The notes under the pieces: generated by a model
The model's input: only the letters and a program-made list of their open reading frames with translations
What the model was told of the DNA's origin: nothing
The model's database searches: none
Program-made: the position numbers and the translations under genes
Shown here: one piece after another, positions 51,065 to 64,000 of the stretch
Layout: each line of letters opens with the position of its first letter
Position numbering within the stretch: position 1 is the first letter of the stretch
Assembly: GCA_043228905.1 (NCBI GenBank)
Contig: JBHGNT010000005.1
Coordinates: 1,488,001 to 1,552,000, forward strand
Length of the DNA stretch: 64,000 bases
Direction of reading: 5' to 3'
DNA from: Azolla caroliniana
Lineage: Eukaryota; Plantae; Polypodiophyta

Positions 51065-54000
51065 ATGACCGATACCACCGATGACATCGCTGAAGACATA
51101 TCCTTCCAGGCTTTCGAAGACGATTGCCAGCTCCTTGGCAATCTTCTCAACGACTGCCTCCAACACGAGGTCGGAAATGATTTCATGGAGAAAGTGGAGA
51201 GAGCTCGACTCTTGGCACAGGTGTTCACAGCCATAACTCATAGCTCTCTTGTTTCATCCCATCTCTCTCCCTCCCTCTCGATCATGGTGAATTATAATTT
51301 TTTTTGGCATGACTTGCCTGCCACATTTGATTGGATTCATCTTCTGTATTACTGTGGATCAATGGCTTCTTGTAAATGTGTCTTGTTTTGTATGTTCATC
51401 CAATGCGTCATGATCGTGTTCCCACAATAATTTTTATCTTTATTTTCTTGTTGCAATTATCAGTATCTGTTCTTCCTCTAGTATCAGGCCTTTTTACAAT
51501 GATAGATGTTGTACTTAATCCTGTAGACTCAATCGTTTTCATGCGACAATGGTTTCTCCGATTGCTTCAATTCTACAGCCATATTGTTTTACTGTTAGTA
51601 TATTCATCCTCGTTAAATGTATATTAGAGTGCATGCAACATGCGCATGGCTGGGGTGGAGAATGCAGCTGAATGGCTTACCAAGCAACTTGAACAAGAGA
51701 TTTCCAACATGACACTGGAAGAGGCAGTGCCGCTGGCCAGGGCCTTCAGCCATTACCTCAATTTGACAGGAATAGCTGAGACTCATCATAGGTTAGACAG
51801 CATAAGATTTTCTTTCTCTAATTTGTGCTTTCTGATGAACTAATATAGCTGAGACTGTGATCCGAAATTAATTGTTACTTAGTGCTCGGCGAACTAGATC
51901 CAATGCCCATGTGTCAAAATCTTGTGATGATGTATTTGGGAAACTCATTCAAAGTGGGGTTTCTCCTGAGGATGTATTCAAGGCTGTATGCAATCAAGTT
52001 AAGTTTTTTCTCGTCTTATCTTGTTCATTAAAGTTGAGGTATAACAAGTGACATTCGATAACTGATTCTATGTGCTCCTTCAGGAGGTTGAAATTGTACT
52101 TACTGCTCATCCCACTCAGATAAATAGACGAACATTACAATATAAGCACTTGCGCATCGCGGTATTTCTTTTGTCTCAAGTACATGTACAGTTTGTTCAA
52201 AGGAATATGCCACAATCTTAAGTTGATTGCGTTCTGTACCTATGATCAGCATCTCTTGGAGTACAAAGATCGGGCAGATTTGACTCATGAAGATCGAGAA
52301 CTTTTGATTGAAGATCTGGTATTATGAGATATCTATGTTATTCCATACATTGAAATTATGGTTGTTTCGAATGACTAGATCAATATAATATTTGCAACAC
52401 CCTCAATGCAGGTAAGAGAAATAGTTTCACTATGGCATACTGATGAAATAAGACGAATTCAACCCACTCCTTTAGATGAGGCTCGAGGAGGCACGAATAT
52501 ATAAGATTTATAGTCCCTTCTTTAGCTGAAATATGGGCATCTTTCAGAGGATAAACAAGCATGTTCCTTTGCACTCCAGGTTTACACATAGTAGAACAAT
52601 CATTGTGGAAAGCTGTGCCACAATATCTTCGCCGAGTCAGCAATGCCCTGAAAAAAGCATGTTTTCTTAAAACCTGTTCATATTCTCATTTAATAGATTT
52701 TTAAAAACATTATGCACATTTTCCTGGTTCACTTTTGTGTTTTTTGAATGCATAATGTTGCACATTGACAATATCAAATGCGTCGTTTCATTGATACTGT
52801 TGAGATGTTTGATGGGAATCATTTTAAAATTAAGAAATTCAGTAACATTATATCCGACTAGAAACCCAAATTTTGTTTTTCGGATGGAAAAGGTCATCTT
52901 AATTAGATTATATAATTACATAGGAGTTATATTCTGCATGTGAGACATATTTCTGGGGCTGTCATGTAAATTCTTTGGGCTTTTACTCACGTAAGCATTT
53001 TTAACATGCTATATTATGTATGTAATTGGGACATAAATAACTGATAATGCAACTTGTTGAATGTAAGGTAAGAGATCAGCTAAATAACATCTAGGTAACT
53101 TACTTATGTACCTATAGGCATATGCGGAAGGAAATACTTCACTTGATTGTAAATTGTTCTAAGCTAGAAGACCAACTCAGGAAGTCCCCCAAAACTTTAT
53201 GTGCAGGAAGAGTAAGCAATAATATGTCGAGGATCCTAATACACTAGCTAAGAAACTGCCATCTACTTTCCTTTAAACAGTATACTGGCAAACCACTTCC
53301 ACTAACTTGTACTCCAATCAAGTTTGGATCCTGGATGGGTGGAGACAGAGATGGAAATGCTAACGTTACTGCCAAGGTACAATGTTCTCTCAATTTGCAT
53401 CAGAATGTTTAGAGCATAAGAATCTTTATTCCCACATTACTTACAAACTTCATAGATGATTGCTTAATGTGTCCAGCTCACTTATGTTGTAAATTTATTT
53501 TCATTTTTTCACTACACTACATGAAGCCCTTATTTTCTCCCAGCTGCAGTACTTAAAACCTGACCTTCAACTTACAACCTGTTTTAATCACCATCGTAAT
53601 ATGCATATTGGTTAGTGCTGCATTATAATATTTATCTATATATAATATACATATACTTAATAGAGTAGAATATTGATATCAATGAGGTTATGGGGAGCTA
53701 TACTGGAAATAAATGTAGTAAGTGTAAGGGTTAGGAATGATGTCAATAGGGCTGAGGAATACTCGGGATTCACCCTAGTATAGGCTCTTTAGATGCATCA
53801 GTGGAGCTATGGTCGAAAAGATAGAAAGATAGATTATATTATCGTCTTTGGAGGTCAAATATGACCTATGAGACCAAAAATATTACATTTCACGTGATAC
53901 GTGTGAAGGTGAGTAGCGACTCTCGATGTTCAAGAACTTTACCAATGAATGTTGCAATCGAGAGTGCACATCGCGGTTGTGAGAGAAATTCGTGCAAGGA

Positions 54001-57000
54001 TTGGGCTCGATTGAAGAGATGTGGAAAGCATGGTCGAATATGATCAAAGGCAGGGCATTGTATCAAAGTGTGATACTCAGACTCTCGAACTTGTTTAGGG
54101 CAAAGTCTGCATAGTCGGCCACTCTAATCACTTGTGCCCCAACGCCCCGTCTCACATCTCAATGCGTGCGAGCTAAGTCGTATGGAAGCAATGGTTTGAA
54201 TGGTAGATATCGGGATGGGCTCTAACATGTATCGATGTGTACGGTTTCCCCGTTCCGCGAAGAATATGGTTTTGTAGTTAGGTGCAACATTTGTAGTATA
54301 ATGTGTGAAGCGTGAGCCACCACATTTGTCCCATGTCATGATACATTGGCGTTGCAAAAAGGCCTCATTTACAGAGGAATCTAGTGACCCATTTACAGAG
54401 AGAGCAGTAGTTGGAGGAGCTCACCTTTGAAGTGCGATCCAAAAGTTTTTAACGTATGTTTTATATGACCCATTTAGGGTTGGCCAAGTTCACAGCGAAC
54501 TTGGCCCAAAAATAACGAAAAGGTGATGAGTGACTTTCAGCCTTTATAAATAGGCCTATACACATGTACGCACTATAAGGGGGTCATTTAGGGCATTTAC
54601 CCCAACAGTAAGTTTCCATTGCTTGACTTGCAAAGTTGTTTTAGAGTTAAATCTACATTCCTATCACATCTATTGGTTAGTGCTGCATTATAATGCACAC
54701 ACACATACACACACACACATAATAGAGGTTATGGGTAGCTATACTGGAAATAAATGTAGCAAGTCTCTATTGCATCACTTACAAAGTTGTTTTAGAGTTA
54801 ATCTACATTCCTAGCACATCTATTTGTCTTAATAACTTGACTGTTCCTGTTGGGAACTTTCAAAATTTGTCTTCACAGTATAACATATTTGCATTATTAT
54901 TATGCTACCTAATTAATTTCTATAACATTTCAGGTGACAAAGGATGTGTGCCTATTGGCAAGGTGGATGACACTCGACTTGTACATACGTGAAATAGATA
55001 GCCTTCGTTTTGAGTTTTCTATGAATGTATGCAATGAAAAGCTTGGGCAATATGTTACAAACATTCTGGAAAAAGGTATACAATGGACTTCCTTGCATGT
55101 CTTTCAAATTAGAAGGAATTAATAGATGATTAAAGGATGATGTGAGAAGCTTGTATCCATTATGGTGATAAACATGATTGGTAAGGGAAGATTGTGGGAT
55201 GACTTAAAGTAATACACGAGAATAAGAAATTGGTTGGGAGATTACCTCAACAAGACACCCTGAAGGTCTGCAATGACTAGGGCAAATATTACAAATAGAT
55301 TTGAAAAAGATAAACTTTCCACAATGGCGTTTGTTGCATGTCTTTCCAATAAAAAGGAATTGATGGCTCTAAAAGAAAAGGGTAAGAAAGAGATAAGTTT
55401 GGAGGGCTGACTCAATCATGCTGATAAACAGGACTGGTAAGGGAAGACTTTGGATCACTTAGTTATCCATGAGAATTAAAACATTGGCTGGTAGATGCTA
55501 ATGATAAATTGGTAAATGTGTATAATTTGAACAAACTCACTTCTATAACCAGCCCATGCAATCATATAAATCTTTACATTTTCCAGCTGCATTTTCGATG
55601 ATATTGGTGTAGCTAGAAGCAGTTGAAATTCTATAAATTTTCAGACATTTTATAAGGTGCGACCCATTGAAGACAGAAATTTGGAACCAGACTTTGTAGT
55701 GGAAAGGGATGGAGAGGATTTCTAGTTACTCTTATATGTGACAGAGTGGTCAGCATGATAGGGCAGATGGGAGAATCTTCAAATATGTTTAGAAATAGCT
55801 CAAATATTGTATTTTCCAAGTACCCACTTTGTTGGTGAAAACATAGCTACTTAGTAGACCATTCCTAAGATTCTTTCAGCACTGCCACATCTGCCCGTGC
55901 ACACCTGCAGATGGTGATATCTCAACTCCAGCTTGACATGTTTAGGGAGAGTAAATCAGTTCACTAGATATCCAAGGTCATCCACCATTATATCTGAATA
56001 AATCCTTGGTCCCTTGAATAAGTTCTCAACTTTTCTTGTGGATATTAAAGCCTTGTGCATAAGGTGTCTGATATTGTATAGTTTTAGGTGGCCGAGCGAC
56101 TTGTGGTATATAGCCTTTCATGGGTTTCTAGTTTAATATGTTGGGATAGACATCCTTCTTGATAATGCGCAAAGTTTTTAACCTTAATGGTGATATCGGA
56201 CTTGAAAGAGTGATGTTTCTAGGTTTCAGGTGCTTCAATTCTGAAAACAGCCCTAATGACCAGGTCTGAAAACTTCCCAGTAAAAAACAGGATATATTGT
56301 TGATTCCATTTTCCTATTATGTAATTTTGCTGCAGCAAGTCACAAGGGAGAGCTGACAGCTAAATCCTAGAAACAAAATAGGAATTGCAAACAACCTTTT
56401 GGATTTTGCTTTGAAAATGGCTTGAGAACATAGTTATTGAAACTGGTGCTTTTTTTTTGAGCTTGAGAGCAATTAAATGCAGGAGAAAACTCTGAAATAC
56501 CAAGTTATGCATTATTCCCCAAGTGCCCTTGATCCACCTGTTCTCATGGAACTATATGTGCCATTTGAGCAATTACATGGTCAAGTCACCCTTGTTGTTT
56601 CTCATCAACAAAACCTCACAGAGATAAGTTTGGGCTATCTTATGGTCAACCAATTTTCTGTCACGTGCACGTAGGCCCCGGCCCCATGGACCACGACCTC
56701 ACCACCCTTGCCATCGACAAATAAAGGCCATTATCTCCCACCATCACCGGTGCTTCCATCGTTTCAGAGACTTGTCCATTCTAGATCGACCGATGCTAGA
56801 GATCTTTCGAAGACAAACTTTATAATATATCTAACTTATTTGAGGATCTTACATGTACCGAAAACCAGATCCTTTCGTCTCTTTTTTTCTTATTTACTTT
56901 TATATTATCAGTAATATTTATTTTATTTTGATTTGTTGTTCTCAAAGACGAGACAACACTTAGGATGTAATCTCTTGTTGGTCTTATAGGCCATTAATAC

Positions 57001-60000
57001 AGCCACAGCAGAAATCAGCAGAAATCATCCAAACTTTTTCAGCTACATCACTCATGCTATAAGTCAATCAGGGGCTACACAAGTAGTGTCTCAACCACAA
57101 AAGGGGTGACAATAGAGTGACCAATAGTACTTTGTTGTGCACGAATATCCATTTGGACCATAATCCGCCCCCCCTTGTTATCAACAAACCAAGGTAATTA
57201 TCATCCAAGAACAAAGTTGCTTCCATTGCGCTGGAGAGTTCTCCATAATGGATTGACTCACGCTCTTTTGAAGGCGGAAGTTTCAGTCTATCTAAGCTCA
57301 GAAAGTAAATTCTTGGCTGCTGAGAATATCTGATACCTTAGGCAGCTTTATTAATCTGGTTATACTTATTTTGGTTTGTTCTCAAAGGTGAGGCGAATTG
57401 TTAAGATGTAGTCTGATATTCTTTTGTATCTTGTCCTCTTAAAAGACAGAATTGTGAAATAACAGGGGTAGTTTCTTTCTTTCGCGGTTAACCAGGGGTA
57501 GTTGTGAAATAACAGAATTTAGGGGTATATTGAGTTTTTCCTTAAAAATACCTGTATATAAATGCATTTTTGTTGCATTAACTACAACACGTTTAAAATT
57601 CTTTGTGTGCTGAAATGTTGCAAGAGCATGAACATGAGGAAAATCGTCATGAAAGTTGGTCTCTCCAACATGGAAACAAAGCCCATGGGAAGGCTTCAGA
57701 GTATCGTGTGTTTTCTCTTCCAACTCAGCTTCCAGTTGGTGCTGATATGCCTGCTTGTACGAGTAAGTTCTGTTACTGTTTTTTGTTTTGAACCTCATGG
57801 AGAAAATGTGGACTTGGCTTGCGTCCTCCCAAAACCAGGATTTATATTTGTCTAGGTGCTACAAATCAGAGTTTTCTGCTAAAAGCAATTGTTTGCTATG
57901 TGATAGTATATCGTGTCTCAATTCTGAATCCTGATGAACTTCAAACAGGCGTTGATATAAATGGTCAAATATCATTTTCGGAGCTTCCAATTAAAGATGA
58001 TCTAGACATGTTGTCAACATATCAGGTCTGTGCTTACCAAGTAGAAGACAGAAGCAATGATTCAGTTTGTCTGATGCAGATAATCTCTATTAATCCTGTG
58101 AAATCTTGCAGAGTATGAATGGTAACACTCCAAGCCCAAATAGGGAATCAACAGAATTCTCACCAACTCTTGCAAAATCTGAGAATGGAAACGATTCATT
58201 GTTTACTAATCGAAGTGTTTCAGAACAGCAAACTAGTAGTGGAGCATACTTGGCTGCATCTGGAGGGGCAACAACTGGTTCATCTAGCACCTCTGGTTTC
58301 AGAAAGAAAGTTATCCCAGAAGCTAATGCGACATCAAGTCTGGACAAGCTCCTCTACCCAAGAGTGACTGGACGCCCAGATTTTGCTCCATATAGGGTTG
58401 TTCTTGGACATGTCAGAGAGAAGGTATATTTTGCATATTTGAATGGGCAGAAAATACATTTCTGCTAACATGTGATATACTAAAATTTGCTATTATGGAC
58501 TTGGGTTTGTATGAGATTTTCGAAACCTTGACATTGGTGGCAATTGAACAGCTTGTAAACTCACGTAGACATAAGGAACAACTTCTGGAAGGAATTCAGC
58601 CAGATGACAAGTTAGAATATTACGAGAATCCAGAAGAGCTTCTTGAAGCCCTTCTGCTTTGCTATGATTCAATGGTAAGTATAACCCCCTAAAGTATTTC
58701 CTTGGCAATGTAAGACTTGTCGTCGAGGTAAAAGTGCCTGTGCTGCTTGGATGCAGCAATCTTGCTTCCCAGAGGTCATGGCAGATGGCCGTCTGGCAGA
58801 CCTTATTAGACGAGTGGCAACTTTTGGAATGACTATGATGAAGCTCGATTTACGGCAGGTACCATATCAACGTTTATCTACTCTAGAATAAACATATTTA
58901 GCCTGAGCTCAATATTTGTGGAAATTTCTATTCATTCTTGCAGGAATCTAATAAGCATACAGAGGCCTTGGATGCTATAACAGAATTTCTTGAACTTGGA
59001 ACCTATAGTGAATGGGATGAGGAGAAAAAACTGGAATTTTTAACTGCTGAACTCAAAGGAAAGCGACCCTTAATACCTCCTTCAATAGAGGTATATGTGG
59101 ATTTGATTGAAACAAGCTTTTCTAAGCTTTTCTTTGCTCAACAAGCATTCAATTGCAAAGTCTTCAATTGATAAATGACCACATTAACATTTGACAAAGA
59201 CATATCATCCTCTAGATGACAATAATCTAACCTATTGTACATGCAAGGTCAACTTTACATGGTGATGTCTCTTATTAGGGATCAAATGAGTCAGTCATCT
59301 GGTGCTGCATTCATGAGTGAATCTCCTGTGCTTAATAGGCAGTGATTTTCTCTCACTGTATGTTATGAATTAATGCTGTGACATTCAATGAGGGATATAG
59401 GGAAAAGTGACCTGATGTTTGCATTTGTTGTACATTTGACTTAGAATATTACTCATCCTCGATCTCATGGCTCTGGCAGATAGTGCATGTGCAATGTTCT
59501 CTTGCCATATTCCACCTTCACTAAGAGGTCATGGCTATGAGCCTTGAGAAACTAGTTGCTTGTCTTTCTTTCGACAGTATGGGGTTGGCAAATTCAGGTA
59601 GGACACCCTCTAATGTCGCTTTGTAGGTTTCCCAGCATGTGATTTGATGTGTGTGCAGTAATACTGTAATTTCTTGCAATTTTCATCTGTTTTCCAACAG
59701 AAAATGGAGTTCAATATCTGTCAAACACATGTCAGCAGCTGACAACCCTGCCAATTTGTCCATGCTGTATTTCCAAACCATTACTGTACTTTCTGTGCTC
59801 AACTGGATGAGGGAAAGTTATTTTTATTTATTTTTTGTGTTTTGCTATTGGAGTTTCAGCACATTGTGGCAGTGAATGCTCCTTCATTATAAATGCACAT
59901 CTATTTCATTTCTATAAACATCACCAAGTATAGAGTAGCTGACTTGACCCGTAAGTGCCTTAGTAGGAACATCTTCTGCACTTCTGCAAAGTTGTTTGGA

Positions 60001-63000
60001 TATACTTCCACCAATTACCTCTATCCACATTTACGAGGATCTGGATCAAGAGGGCATTGAATTGTCTGGCACTTAATTGCTGTCTTGTCACTTTGCATTT
60101 TGACAACCATCCAAATGGGTTGCCCCATCCTTGTAGGTTAAGAAAGGGTATCAGTTTTCACCATACATTTTACATGCAACTGCATTTTGGTATTCACTGG
60201 GTGAAGCCAAACCTTGGTTCTTCCCATATTGGCAAGCCACTTCCTTTGTGGAACTCCTCAATGACATGTAAGAGCATTCCAAAGTGTGACGTCAGAAGTT
60301 TCAAGTGTAGACAAAGTGGCATCTGAGTTCCATAATCAAACTTTACCAGTTCAGTTTTGGAAATAAAATTCACATGGAACTGCACTTTGGTATTCTCTGC
60401 TAAACCTAAGCTTTAACATGGGTTCCTATAGACCTCGTGTTGAAGGTTTTCTTGAAATCCACAAAACAGGAATATAGTATATGACTCTTTAGTCAACTCT
60501 ATAATGTTATGAACCTTAAGCATGATTGGGTTGTTAATGGTGGAATGATTTCAAAGGTTGACTTCTTCAGCTATAACCAGAATATGGTTAGGTTTTAAAG
60601 CTTTAGATTAGGGTTCTATTGAGATCACAGGTTCTTACAGAATTTCATGTTGGGACACTTCTATGAATCCATTTACAGAATTTGAATCTCTTGCTTTCTT
60701 GCTTATTTAAAAAGGTTTGATGCTAGAAAAACAGCAACTGCAAAGCCAAGCTTTTCCTGAAACCAGTGTGAAGAATTGTTCTCTTTTCATGTTTGTCAGC
60801 CGGGACACATATGCTTATCTGTATTTCTTAATTTCGTTATATGAGTTGCAAATGCTGAGCGGATCATAATAATCAGATATTTGTGTTTTCTTTCCGTCTT
60901 TCTCATATTTTCAGGTTTCTGTGGATGTAAAGGAAGTTCTAGATACTTTCCGTGTTGCAGCAGAATTGGGAAGCAATTCACTTGGAGCATATGTCATCTC
61001 AATGGCTTCGGAGGTTTGCTTTCATTATCTTTTCTTTGCTAACATGCTTCTAAAAAACCTTTAGGTTTGCAGTACACCAACAATGAATAGCGTCAGAGAT
61101 TACATTCATTAACTTTTCTCTACTGGCATGCTTTAAATTTTATCTTTGCTCTACACCAACAATATAACTTAACAAATAGGCTAGCGACGTACTGGCAGTG
61201 GAGCTATTACAAAAGGACACTCGATTGACTGTAAGTGGAGAGCTTGGGAAACCATGTCCAGGAACTTCGTAAGTGAATGTGGGTGGTAAAAACACCATCT
61301 GATGGAAATCCAACATCTGTTATGTTAATGACTGGCAAGATGTTTTGGATGATATGCAGATTACGTGTGGTTCCTCTATTTGAGACTGTCAAGGATCTCC
61401 GTGATGCTGGTATTGTGATTCGCAAGCTTCTGTCCATTGATTGGTACAAAGAGCATCTGATCACAAATCATGGTGGCCACCAAGAGGTTTGAAATTGATG
61501 GACACTAGAGATTAGAAAATATAAATGGTGGTTCTGAGTTTACATGACATTTGTCTTGATAACGTCTGTAGATTATGCTTGGATATTCTGATTCTGGAAA
61601 GGACTCCGGTCGCTTTACTGCAGCATGGGAACTGTACAAATCTCAAGAAGATGTCATTGCAGCATGCAATGAATTTGGCATCAAAGTCACTTTGTTCCAC
61701 GGGCGTGGTGGCAGTGTTGGTCGTGGAGGTGGTCCTATGTATCTTGCCATGCAATCACAGCCACCAGGTTCTGTCATGGTATGTTACTGTATTTTATACG
61801 TGATATTACGGGTGTAAGAGCATATGGCAGATTTTGGGATTTATCATTGTATGGAAACTTCAATGAACTGCATTGTTGTCAACTTATTTTTGATCTATTG
61901 TCATCATTTGCGTTTTTCACTCAGAGAATATTTACATTCTTGCTATGTTGCACATGATATTAAAAAGGATATATATGTATTCTTTGAGGATGTTTCTAGT
62001 CTTAAGATAGATAGTGGCCAGTGGGTCATTTCCCTGCAATAAAATTTTCTGGGTTTTCACCTCTGATTGGGAGCTCAAAGTTTTGAAAACTACTACAAAA
62101 GAACGAGGGATTCCCTGAAGTAATATAATGTATTACTAGGAAAAAGGAATCAACATCGGAGCTACATTCTGTTTGATATCTGAGTTTGTTTTAGACCTAC
62201 ATGGTATGTTAATATGGGAATTGCTGCACTTCATGGTGGAAAGTTGTTGTCTACAGGGCTCACTACGAATTACGGAGCAGGGTGAAATGGTCCAGGCAAA
62301 GTTTGGCCTTCCTCAGGTAGCGGTCAGACAACTGGAGATCTATACAACAGCTGTTCTTCTTGCAACTATGCATCCTCCTGATCCTCCACGCACAGTTAAC
62401 TGGCGCAATGTAATGGAAGAGATATCAGAAATAAGCTGTAGGCAATATAGGAGCCTTGTATACGAGAACAAGGATTTCTTACAGTATTACCATGAAGCTA
62501 CACCAGAAGCTGAGCTTGGAAATTTGAATATAGGAAGCAGGCCAACGAGAAGGCGAACAACAGGCGGCATTAATTCCTTGCGTGCAATTCCCTGGATTTT
62601 TGCATGGACACAAACAAGGTTTGTGCTGCCCTCATGGCTAGGAGTTGGGGCAGGTCTTGAGGCAGCTTGTTCAAAAGGGTATGAAGAAGAACTGAAAGCT
62701 ATGTATAGAGAGTGGCCCTTCTTTCAGTCCACTATCGATCTCATTGAAATGGTGCTTGCTAAGACAGATCTTCACATTGTTAAGCATTACGACGAGCTGT
62801 TGGTGGATCCTACCCGTCAGCCCATTGGTGCAGAATTGCGAGAGGCCTTGAGTGTGACCCAAAAACTTGTGTTGCTCATAAGTGGGCATCAGAAGCTCTC
62901 CGAGAATAACAAGACGCTGAGGCGTTTGATAGAGAGCCGACAACCCTACCTGAACCCCATCAACATGCTACAAGTTGAGATTTTGCGCCGATTGAGGCAA

Positions 63001-63081
63001 GATGAGAATAATCCAAAGCTGAGGGATGCTCTGCTTATCACTATCAATGGAATCTCAGCTGGCATGCGCAACACTGGATAG
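51065..63081 (+). CDS. PPC4: Bacterial-type phosphoenolpyruvate carboxylase (BTPC, PPC4-like), 20 exons
   Basis: Exons 51065-51220, 51628-51791, 51883-51997, 52084-52161, 52250-52318, 52412-52490, 52580-52656, 53281-53376, 54934-55075, 57625-57762, 57949-58025, 58112-58423, 58552-58674, 58757-58858, 58944-59090, 60915-61013, 61180-61268, 61360-61486, 61572-61778, 62257-63081. BTPC N-terminus [57 protein letters not shown], and C-terminal RNTG (plant-type ends QNTG). Confidence 0.96.
53723..54607. mobile_element. Solo LTR-like insertion (885 bp) in PEPC intron 8, with a perfect 5-bp TSD
   Basis: TGTAAGGG...CCCCAACA termini; GTAAG on both sides (53718-53722 and 54608-54612). Confidence 0.88.
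54035..54200 (-). pseudogene. LINE ORF2 C-terminal zinc-knuckle fragment inside the solo LTR
   Basis: Minus strand reads [52 protein letters not shown] (R-x-x-x-H-x-L-x-x-ETGR motif followed by C-x2-C-x9-H-x4-C). Confidence 0.75.
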
Positions 63082-64000
63082 TTCATACTCGTGACATTTG
63101 GTTTTCCATTTCTAGTTACTTGACCTTATTCCCAACCAATCAAAAACCACCGTATAGTAGGTGTTTTAGAATACAAAATACTATTCACGTATATAAATTT
63201 TATGGCAATTGAAAACCTAGTTTCATGTAGAGAAAAATATAAAATTGTACTGGTTTAAGGATGATTCAGACTGCCACCCCGGCCATAAAGTTAAAAGAAT
63301 ATAGTGCTTCAGGTTGTTCATTGAGCTTGCCTGGGTTATGACATTTTTCCTCGCCTCTACCCGAGTATTTTTGCACAGCCACACCAGAGTGAGAGAAGCT
63401 GTCTATCCCTTTTTTTTTGCCACTGATTTCGTACCACATCAGCACAAATTCATGTCCGATGCTTCACTCAGAAACAAGATCTGAGATGGAGGTGATGAAT
63501 GCGGATGCTAGGTTTGATTCATTTGTGTGCCCGTCTTTAAGTTTGTAAAATGTATGAAGTGTGCCTGAAAAGTATTTGGTATTCATGCATGTAAATTGAA
63601 ACTGTGGATGTCACAAAGAAAAAGAGTGATTATTTGCATTGATTAGGAGTCTGATGTTAGGTTGTTACTTCATTATATGTTGGAATGTTAAACTGTCTTG
63701 CTTACATGATGCTTCTTTAATAGGAACATCCTATTGTGAGTCCTTTGGCCGAAATGCACTTCATGCATTCTTAAACAAGGACTTGTGATATAGGTATCCT
63801 TCATGCACCAAAGTTCCAAACCATGATTATCAAGGAAGGCAAGAATAAGGCAAGTGTTCTCTTCCCAACTGATACCCTGGATGGAAGCCTAGACAAACTC
63901 ACTATCTAGATTGTGCATAGAGACACGTCTAGAAACATACATTGTTTAATCACTGATGCCTCCATTAGGATATCCTCCTCTCTACTTCTGATAGCGTGCG

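Noticed and set aside
56593-56958. Possible solo LTR (TGTTGT...ACAACA) in PEPC intron 9
   Set aside because: Terminal inverted motifs are present but there is no matching TSD (ACCCT vs CTTAG); not enough support.
51065-63081. Recent horizontal transfer of a bacterial PEPC
   Set aside because: Bacterial-type PEPC is an established intron-rich plant gene class, and this copy has 19 spliceosomal introns.

Overview
Eukaryotic land-plant nuclear DNA, probably a fern (inferred from the PPR style, the (TATG)n-rich flanks and the gene structures). Host genes, in order: the 5' end of a minus-strand gene at the left edge, an intronless PLS-E PPR gene, an ANP32-like LRR/acidic protein, RPS3, an OTLD1/OTU6-like deubiquitinase, a 94-aa small membrane protein, H2A.Z, and a 20-exon bacterial-type PEP carboxylase (PPC4-like, C-terminal RNTG). 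The most striking element is a ~7.56-kb Mutator-like DNA transposon (about 1433-8996) lying inside a (TG)/(TATG) microsatellite. It has ~105-bp imperfect TIRs that each contain a hairpin, and arrays of a GGAGCCC motif at both ends and upstream of the transposase. It carries two decayed genes that the ORF track only shows in pieces: a spliced zinc-finger + Ulp1/C48 SUMO-protease-like gene, and a transposase with an integrase-type HHCC, WRKY/GCM-like, DDE, SWIM and C4-zinc architecture. Also present: three solo LTRs (one carrying a LINE fragment, with its empty site preserved in an adjacent duplication), decayed gypsy and copia remnants, and two consecutive GC-AG introns in the PEPC gene. All calls come from reading the sequence by eye; no database searches were run.
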